Part shown: in pieces, positions 33,630 through 42,949 of the stretch
How the letters are laid out: each line of letters begins with the position of its first letter
Numbering within the stretch: position 1 is the stretch's first letter
Assembly (NCBI RefSeq): GCF_001194135.2
Contig: NC_068985.1
Coordinates: 27,963,232 to 28,006,180 of the forward strand
Origin: Octopus bimaculoides
Lineage: Eukaryota
Length of the DNA: 42,949 nucleotides
Direction of reading: 5' to 3'
Translations under genes and position numbers: made by a program
Notes under the pieces: model-generated
The model's database searches: none
The model's input: the letters and a program-made list of their open reading frames with translations, nothing else
Told to the model about the DNA's origin: nothing

Positions 33630-35745
33630 TATGAAAGTAATTTTCCCTGACACTCTGTTCTGTAATGACTCACCAATGAAGGATTTACCACACCATAAGC
33701 TTCTGCTTCTGATGGAGGGTTCAGCAATTACATCTGGTGAACGATTTACTGCTCAACTAAATTCCATCAATACAACATTCCAATATGGTGACTGCCGAAG
33801 AAGTTACCACACCATTAACTACCATTTATCACATCAAAACTTCCACTGTTACAGTTCTCTACAATTGCGTTCATTGAAGCATTTTCCCATCAGTAACTTC
33901 CACTGAAATCATTTCTCATAAATATATCCACTAAATGAGTTCGCAACAACACAATTCTACAGATACAGTTTTCCACAATTAGTATCTTCCGGGGGAATTA
34001 TCACAATGGGAACTTGTATTGCTGCAATTCGCCATGATGAAATCCACTTTAAAAATTATCATATCAATATATATGCACCTAGTATAGTATTCCACAATGG
34101 CATCAAATGAAAGAATTATCACGTCAGTAACATCTACAGATGCAGTGTTCCCAATGATATCTACCGAAGTATTTATCTCGGCAAAAGCTTCTCTGGGTCA
34201 TTTGCCACACGAGTAACGTCAATTAATACAGTATTTCATTGTGAGATCTACAAAAGAATAGATCAGACCTGTGACTTCTTGTAGTGTGTTATCACACTGA
34301 AAACTTCCATTAATATAATGTTCTACAATGACATTCAGCGAAAGATTTTCCACAAGCTTAACTTTCATTGATATAGTCTTCCACAATTACGTCCACCGAG
34401 TATCGTTATCATGCTTACATTCTATTGATTGCATTTCTCAGTAACAACCACTGAAGGAATTACCACGCCAGTAAATTCCACAAACATAGAGTTCCACAGT
34501 GATATCCCGTGAAATGTTCACAATTCTAGTAAATTCTCGTCGTATGTTTCAGCCATGATATCCACTGAAAACGTTGCCACACAACTAACTTACAGCTATA
34601 CAGTATTGCCAAGCTGATATCTACGGCAGACACAACAATGCCACATCCTCAACTACCACTGATACACTGTCACCACACCAGGAATTTCTGTTGGTATATT
34701 ATTCTCCAATGGTACCAACCGAAAATTTCACCACTTCAGTATATTTCTTCTAATGTATTTATTCCACCAAAATCTGTTTCTGATGCCCTGTTCCACATGG
34801 AAACCTATAGAAGTATTTATCACGTCAGCGACTCTCATTCTATAGTGTTACCAGTCCAGCAACTTACTTTCATACAATGTTCCACAATGATATTCAACGC
34901 ATGTTTTGCCATGCATGGAAAGTGACAAATTTCCACAGAGTCAATGTTCCACAATTATCTCCACCGAAAGAGTTATCACCGCACCAAATTCTATTGAGAC
35001 TGTTTCACAATGACATCCAGTAACTTCCATCCAGTAACACAATGACATCCAGTAACACAGTGATCCACATAGACATCCCATGAAATATCTACCTTACTTA
35101 GAACATCTATTGACAGATGTTCCGCAAAGACACCTACCAAAATATTTATAATAGTAATTTCCACTGATAGTGTTGTCACGCCTGTAATTTCCACTGATAT
35201 GATAATACCACACCAGTAACTTCCATCAGGGCAATGTTCTCTAATGGCAACAGGTGAAGTATTTACCACACCAGTATATTCCACTAAGACAGCGTTCCGC
35301 AATTAGGTCTCACGAATTTACCACACTAGTAATTTCCACTAATAAAATGTCAATAAACTAACTCTCACAGCACCTCTAACTTCCATTCATATAATCTTAC
35401 AACGCTGGTTATTTCCATTGATATAACATTCCACAGTAACTCTACAGAATGGAATGCAATATCAGAGGAATTTACTGGCCTAGTAAATTCTTCGGTTGAT
35501 ATAATTATGGAACATGCATTCCATAATTACAACCCCCTATGCATTTACCACACTAGTAACCTTCATTGATACATTGTAACATAATGAAATCCACAGAAAC
35601 ATTTACAACGCCAACGACTTTTACCGATGCAGTGTCCCACATTTACGTCCACCGAAGCATACTCCACTAAATTATGCAGTATACCGGAATACAAGTCCAG
35701 CAATATGCAAGATAACTCCTTCACATCTACAGTTTCCACAATATT
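33630..35745. repeat. Decayed tandem array, period about 58 bp (two related 28-30-bp subunits)
   Basis: Hand-measured adjacent periods 58, 60, 57, 58, 58, 58, 56, 59. Consensus approx. ATTTACCACACCAGTAACTTCCACTGATAC-AGTGTTCCACAATGATATCCACTGAAAG. Confidence 0.8.
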
Positions 35746-35789
35746 TTAGAGGAAAATTTATAGACTTGTGTATCAACGAAGATATTTTG

Positions 35790-36400
35790 AGAATATTACG
35801 TGGGAGACTCATGAGATCGCCCGATTAGCTTGAAATAGCAAATCATTCATTATTGTCTTAAAGAAAAGATTCATTGGAGAGATATTCCTCGATATTCTAT
35901 GCTTGGAATAGCGATGGGATGCTCACGGCTGGAACACCTTTGATCATAGATCTGTCTGATTAGGGTTGACTTGGGATTTATACAATTGCTTCGGTATTGA
36001 TAAAATATAATTACATCGATAAAACAAGTTGCAAAACGAATCCCTGCTGAACTGAATTAACCTCAGTAACTACCTGGAATGCATGATCTTGCAAATCTAA
36101 TTCTGCGCTATTGTCCTTCTCGCTAGAAATAGCAGCTAGATCGTTCTCAAATCACATCCAGCTGTCTTGAAATAGGAGAGACATATTGGGCGATGCAGTC
36201 CTTCCTATAGCAACCATACTCTCTATCTCTCTCTCTCTCTCACACAGACACGCGCGCGCGCGCAAGGCACAAAAATGCAACACATACACACACTCACAAA
36301 CAAAACAAGATGTTCAGGGATGGAATGTCTGATTATATATAGGTCTCCCCCTTTAGGGCTAACCTGGCACAAACCATCACCACCGACAACAACAACAGCA
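35790..36400 (+). mobile_element. Two decayed family D copies (35790-35990; 36110-36400 split by a CT/CA microsatellite)
   Basis: GAAATAGC ... GGCTGGAACACCTTTGATCATAG ... AGGGTTGAC; the second ends AGGGCTAACCTGG...ACAACAACAAC. Confidence 0.65.
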
Positions 36401-36589
36401 CCCACAAACTCACATTTACATCAGTACAACCAGCCGTCATACGGTATCCTGTGACATGTTTTTACAAATTGTTTTAGCCTTATATGAAGTGGCGAGCAGA
36501 CATTGTCAGTCTCTCGCCCTCTCACCCTCACACTTTGCTGAACATCTACAAGGGAGAGTAGGTTTCACTCTTAATATAGCTGTTATTTA

Positions 36590-36720
36590 GTGCAGTTTAG
36601 ATGAATTAAGAAACGCGAAATGAAGTGCATTGCTCAAAGACACAATACGTAATCCGGACCAGATATGAAACCCACAAATTAATAATCATGAACAACACCT
36701 TAACTACTCAGCCACGCCGT
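36590..36720 (-). mobile_element. Decayed head plus CORE-like fragment of an E2-type SINE
   Basis: AAATGAAGTGCATTGCTCAAAGACACAA resembles 12533-12560. Confidence 0.6.
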
Positions 36721-37289
36721 AACTTACTGTTGTAAGTGAGAACTTACATTGCATGATTAGAAAATATTCGAATTTAGAATATCTTAATGAATGCCCCCTG
36801 AAAATTCTCCCTCCTTCCCGAATTCTACATACATCTGGCACGAAATTCGTACAACGTATTTCCACGTTCTGGACTTATCATCCGACACCAATATATGCAC
36901 AGGTACCCTGCTCGCGGGAAGTAGCAGCCATATTTATTTCAAATAATATCCAGCAATGTTAAATCATAGAAGGCCTAATTAAGCAGCGTAGTTCTTGATT
37001 CCACTACAAAGGTGGGTTGATCATAGTTAGATTGCCTGTTAGTGCTAGATACATGACAAAAATTGCTGCAGCAACAATGAATAAATAGCTATGGGAGACA
37101 AATTACCATTCTATACTGACTTGTTCGCCCTTCTTTCAGCTCAGCTGTGGCCGCTCATTTTTTCCCTTTTTTAAAAATCTGCTACAGTCAATTATGCTTC
37201 TATTTCTATAAAATATATTTCTCCACTTACTAATCTCACGCTGTTCATCTCTTCCCGCCAGTGATGGTTACTTAGATGGTAGCCTTCAC

Positions 37290-38030
37290 TGACATATTTA
37301 CCACAGTAATTGCTTTAAATGCAATGACTGCGCTAATTAACCCTACAAACATTTACTTCAATGACAATCGCTAATATATTCTTCTTCTATTCATCTAATA
37401 TCAAAAGCCACCTTCAACTTCACCTTTATCACGGTTTTCCACAATCACCACCATGGACACAGTTTTCCACACTAATTACAATTTATAGAAGATTTTACAA
37501 TAAACAGCAGTTTTATACAGTAACAATCACTTAACACAGATGTCTTTAATAATCACTAATGACTTAATTTAATACTTAACACAGATGTCCATTATAACTA
37601 CTAATGACTTAATGTAATACAATGACTCCTAGTGACACAGATTGTTACAATAAGCAGTCTTTGACAGATTTTACCATAATAACCATCACTAATATATCTT
37701 CCTCTGTAACCGACATTGCAATTTTCTGCAGTAAACACCACTAAAACACTCTTCTGGCGTAGATGTCACTGATATAGTTGTTCTACAATAGTCCCCACCT
37801 CTTTAAAGAACTGATCTTAGTAAAGGCCGCTGACACAATTAACTACAATTCCCCCATCACATAGCATTAACAAAATAACCGTAAACAGAACATTTTCCAC
37901 TGTAACTACTCCACACTGATAATTACAGTACGAATCACTGCTGTTATTTTCCTAGTATTATTTCTGTCATACCACACCTAAGGTACGAGTAATTCATCAC
38001 AGTAACTACTCGTGACTCTTCAGATATGTC
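37290..38030. repeat. Second, more decayed array with a 28-29-bp monomer; internal 45-bp duplication at 37529-37618
   Basis: Recurring TTTTCCACA...CAC(T)GA.ACAG words; ACTTAACACAGATGTC...AATGACTTAAT.TAAT twice. Confidence 0.6.
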
Positions 38031-38294
38031 TCTAATCAACGTCGAAACATCAAAGAGGAGGTTTCTAGGTGGTCACCCGATTTGCTGGAAATAACACCCA
38101 AATTTTTCTCATATAATGATATATTCTTCAAAAATTGAGAAATATATGTGTATCCAAGAAAATGTAATGTTGGGTATATTATTCTATCTTTAACAAAGGT
38201 GGGAGTGTCCTTTCGTGGATTCATATTGATCATAAGCCAAGCCAATCAGTACTGATTTGCTATTAAATATCAAGAATAACAACAACTCTTAAAT

Positions 38295-38510
38295 AAACCA
38301 TTCCACTGATTTATTTCTACTGAAATTTTGGGGGAGGGGATGAGTCGAATAGATCGACCCAGTACGCAACTGGTACTTAATTTATCGACCCCGAAAGGAT
38401 GAAAAGCATAGTCGACCTCGGCAGAATTTGAACACAGAACGTAGCGACGAGCGAAATACCGCAAAGCATTTCGTCCAGCGTGCTAACGATTCTGCCAGCT
38501 CACCGCCTTT
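38295..38510 (-). mobile_element. SINE family A
   Basis: 15-bp TSD CAACAACTCT(T/C)AAAT at 38280-38294 and 38512-38526. Confidence 0.92.
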
Positions 38511-39255
38511 GCAACAACTCTCAAATGATAAGCCCCAATGCAGAATCTTCAAGAATTCAATTGGTCCATGTTGTAACCACAGAATAACTTACTTCAGCTG
38601 AACGTAACCACCATTAAAACACTAAAACTACGCCTCGTTTGCCACAGCATTCATTACTACTAACTTTTTTTTACTACATTAGAATTCTACTGGAAAAGAA
38701 AGGCATTTTATAGNNNNNNNNNNNNNNNNNNNNNNNNNNNNNNNNNNNNNNNNNNNNNNNNNNNNNNNNNNNNNNNNNNNNNNNNNNNNNNNNNNNNNNN
38801 NNNNNNNNNNNNNNNNNNNNNNNNNNNNNNNNNNNNNNNNNNNNNNNNNNNNNNNNNNNNNNNNNNNNNNNNNNNNNNNNNNNNNNNNNNNNNNNNNNNN
38901 NNNNNNNNNNNNNNNNNNNNNNNNNNNNNNNNNNNNNNNNNNNNNNNNNNNNNNNNNNNNNNNNNNNNNNNNNNNNNNNNNNNNNNNNNNNNNNNNNNNN
39001 NNNNNNNNNNNNNNNNNNNNNNNNNNNNNNNNNNNNNNNNNNNNNNNNNNNNNNNNNNNNNNNNNNNNNNNNNNNNNNNNNNNNNNNNNNNNNNNNNNNN
39101 NNNNNNNNNNNNNNNNNNNNNNNNNNNNNNNNNNNNNNNNNNNNNNNNNNNNNNNNNNNNNNNNNNNNNNNNNNNNNNNNNNNNNNNNNNNNNNNNNNNN
39201 NNNNNNNNNNNNNNNNNNNNNNNNNNNNNNNNNNNNNNNNNNNNNNNNNNNNNNN

Positions 39256-39294
<39 letters not shown>

Positions 39295-39929
39295 CATGCA
39301 TACATGCATACATACATACATATATATATATTTATACATACATACATGCATACATATATGTGTATATGTGCAATATACGACATATTTATCAGGGCAGCAT
39401 TCAGTGTATTTCACCATAATTAATAATTATTACAAGATAACATCCAGCTACGACACATTGCTGTTTCTTGGGATTCTCTTCACTGTGAAGATATTGATGT
39501 GTCTTTACTGCATTCAAATTGTGAAGTCAAAGTTACAAGTCTATAAGAAAAGAGCAAATTACTACTTTGGATGTTCATGCATTTCTTAAAAGCATTAATA
39601 GTAAAAGGAAATATATAGACCTGGAACTTGTATAAAATTTAGTTCACAGATATGAACCCACCCTCCTAGAAAATTAACTCTAATTCTTCCTCACTCCGAC
39701 ACCAAACTCAGAAACACTGATTAACTGTTTAGCGGAATAATGTGTACCGAAGCAAAATACCTCACTGATCAGTACAGTTATCTCTCTGCTGTATCGTTCT
39801 GTATTCAAAACTAGCTCGTATACCATGTTTTTTCAACACAGTAGCAACCATGTGAATAGGCAGAGCACCATTAGTTTCTACAGATGTCATTTGAACTATG
39901 CTATAATTGTGACTATATGACGCGTGCTA

Positions 39930-40130
39930 TTGTCGCTGTAGTTTTTTATGCTCAGATCAGGCCAAACTCACAATATGTATAATCAAATGTACGCAAGTCC
40001 TGAAAGTCACATGCTTTTTTCACAGCCAAAATGAATTTAGATCTACGTTATCACATATACCCCTAATCTATTCAAGTTAGTAAATTTCACCTTGCAAGAT
40101 ATTTGGCTGCTATTTCTACCAGGTCGACAA
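39930..40130 (-). mobile_element. Decayed family D copy
   Basis: Ends GATATTTGGCTGCTATTTCTACCAGGTCGAC, the reverse complement of the GCTAGAAATAGCAGC motif. Confidence 0.6.
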
Positions 40131-41040
40131 AGGAAGGTGTTGCATATCAGACTAATATACACAGAAGGAAAGTTTCACTGAATGCTTATAGTAGATTCGC
40201 GTGATCTAAAAATCTTGTTGAAGGTCTCCCATGTTTTGTTGTTCACTACTATAAGTACCAGTCATATACTGATGTCTACTTTATTGACTGCACAACTTCA
40301 AGACAATTTTGAGACTATTATGCAAGGTAAGAAAGCATTTGTAAAGCTGAAACGCGTTAAACTTTCCAGGGATGATATTATTTTATCCCTTTTATTTATT
40401 AATCACAAAACTCTTATTAGCAGATGAAATGGGAAACAAGCTATTGTGATATTCATGCCTTTTTACGAAAGAAATGTGTTGTTAAGGGAAGAAGTGCGTT
40501 GTTAACTGAAGGGAAATAACTTTTAACCAGAAATCGAATACACCCAACAAATAGATTAATTTAGATCAAAGTTCAGTCTGTTGCTATGCTACGAAGTCTA
40601 GAGTTCCGGACTAAATGATTTACAATAATTCGATTCATCCGTCAACATCCTGGGTTCGTATTTCACGTGAATTTTTGTTTTCCAGCAAACCCATTCATTT
40701 TTATGGGCAAAAGGAAAAGTAAGTACCAGCTACAAATATTTAAAACCTTCTAACGTTTCCTACGAAGAATTATTTTAGAAACTTCAGGTTGCTTGTTTGC
40801 TCCACGACATACGAATTTAACCAAATTTGTAAACATACGGAGTGTAATTTATAAACACTCTATGTTTACATAATCACATCAAAAATCAATAGACTCAAAC
40901 ATTACGCAATATGCACACACGTATTGTCCCATAAATGAAAATGATATTTAAATGCTTAAAGCAAAATATTCAGTAATCTAACAAAAATGACGTATGTTAT
41001 TTCTGAAAATTATAATGCATTCAGATTCCTAGAAATATAA

Positions 41041-41215
41041 TTTGTTGTTGCTGTTTAGCATTCAGCTATCGTCGAACAGACATATAGTCAAATATGGGAC
41101 CGTCGCAAGAGCAACAACCATAAACTAACCCTATTTCCCCCAGATACTGTGTATAAAAGACGTTATATTCAAGACGGTAAGATGTCATCAGTCAAATTTG
41201 ACTGCTTTATTTGAT
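41041..41215 (-). mobile_element. Decayed family D copy
   Basis: TTGTTGTTGCTGTTTAGC tail; AAGACGGTAAGATGT...TTTGACTGCTTTATTT body. Confidence 0.5.
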
Positions 41216-41835
41216 ATACAGAGTATCAACACGGAAACCCATTTATGTATACAATGAGCGTGTACGAAACTAGCAAGTGCATAATGACAACATAGTGTAC
41301 ATAGATATCAATATTTTGCGCAATTCTAAAGTGTCTCCCAAACTATTGCGCAATTATAAATACTTCTAAACTTTAACTGTACATTTATTTTGTATGATTT
41401 TCGATCAGCTTCTCACTATGTTTCTCTCTCCCCCTCTTTCTCTGTATCTCTTCTATCTCTCTGCTTTTCTTGCTCTCTTTCAGTCTCTCTATCCATGTGT
41501 GTGCGTGTGCATCTGTATGTATATTTGTGTGTAAATGTTTGTTTGTATGCATATATATATAACTTTACGTTAATCTAAGTATCTGGGTATGCATGTAATA
41601 TATGCTAGAGCGACAGATGGTATGTAAGGATTTGTGTGGTGTAATATTTATGAATCTATTTTATTTTCCCTTCCGCCTCTTTCTCAATTTCTCTATATTG
41701 TGAAGGAGTCCCAGATTTCTCTTTTCCACCACCGTTTTATCACATGTGCAAGCACATAAATGTAAATAAACATGCTTATTACGTAACAACACATATCTGA
41801 GTAGACATCAATCAATTACTAAATAATGCATTCTC

Positions 41836-41898
<63 letters not shown>

Positions 41899-42295
41899 TA
41901 CACATACACACACACATATATCTTAATGCATATATTTATATGTATGTTTGTAATGTATATATATATATATATATATATATCCATTCACATATATAAGCAT
42001 ATATATATATACACGCAAATACGTATACATACATATATGCATACATAATTACATGCATACATACATGCATACGTACATACGTACCTACACACATACGTAC
42101 ATACATGCACATATGCATGTATGCATGCAAACATGCATATATTCACGCATACATTTGTAGCAACGTAAAAAAAATTTGTTGCAGTCATGTTTGAAACATA
42201 AAAAATATCGTCTTATATTATATTGACGAAGCATACGTGCAACTTTACAGGGTTGTACAAATATACATACATACATGCATACATACATAATACAT

Positions 42296-42326
<31 letters not shown>

Positions 42327-42482
42327 TTTATATATGTATGTGTGTGTGTGTGTCGATAGAGATGAGAAGTGAGAGATTGGGAGAGAGAGAGAGAGAGAGA
42401 AAGAGATAGGTAGATAGATGGCTACCTATTAAATGCATACATGTGTGTGCGTGTGTGAGTGTATGTGTATGCGTTTGTGTAC

Positions 42483-42810
42483 ATGTGGTAAGAGGTTTGC
42501 TTCCCAAACATATGATTACGGGGTCATTCATACGATGTTGCATCTTGGGTGCCTGCCTTCCACTCTAACTCTGGGATGTCGAAGCATTTGTGATGGAATT
42601 TGCACGACGAAAATTGGAGGAAGACTGTCATATATACATGTCTCAATCTATATATCTGTCTCTGTACGTCTCTGTATTTGTCTCCCAACACTATCTTAAA
42701 CCGATGTTGGTATCCCTATGTCTGTATAACCTAGCGGTTTGATAAAACAAACCGTTAAAAGAGGGATCATGCTTAAAAGTATTTACTGGGAGCGATTCTC
42801 ACAACTATTC
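42483..42810 (+). mobile_element. Heavily decayed SINE family C
   Basis: TGTGGTAAGAGGTTTGCTTCCCAA head, AACCGATGTTGGT, TAACCTAGCGGTT, CTGGGAGCGAT. Confidence 0.65.
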
Positions 42811-42917
42811 ATGCCTGTGCTACAGTATGTGTGTATGATTACATTTATATGTACATGTATGTGTATATACGCACACACACATACACACACGTGCACACAT
42901 ACACACGCGCAGACATG

Positions 42918-42949
<32 letters not shown>

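Noticed and set aside
33630-35745. CRISPR-like or mucin-coding interpretation of the periodic region
   Set aside because: There is no invariant repeat with unique spacers, no cas genes, and the context is eukaryotic. The non-triplet period and frequent stops argue against coding.
39428-39546. Short frame DNIQLRHIAVSWDSLHCEDIDVSLLHSNCEVKVTSL* as a terminal exon
   Set aside because: About 40 codons, a weak acceptor and no recognisable motif; within chance expectation.

Overview
AT-rich eukaryotic draft-assembly DNA with nine N-gaps and dense (TA)n/(CA)n/(GA)n/trinucleotide microsatellites. The repeat inventory resembles Octopus (inference from the SINE/LINE types; not checked against a database). 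I find no intact protein-coding gene, RNA gene or CRISPR array. Most track ORFs are microsatellite or N-run artefacts; a few are decayed LINE frames. The window is a retroelement graveyard. It holds four tRNA-headed SINE types (my labels A, C, E1, E2) that share domains in different combinations, an (AAC)n-tailed retroposon (D), two CR1-group LINE 3' fragments, and four R4/Dong-type restriction-like-endonuclease (RLE) retrotransposon fragments, the two youngest abutting (TAA)n tracts. The features most worth follow-up are a SINE heterodimer inside one 19-bp TSD (possible template switching), two palindromic elements in (TA)n context, a decayed ~58-bp higher-order tandem array, and an unexplained 157-codon open frame. 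None is demonstrably a new biological system; all are testable leads. The ends of decayed copies are approximate.
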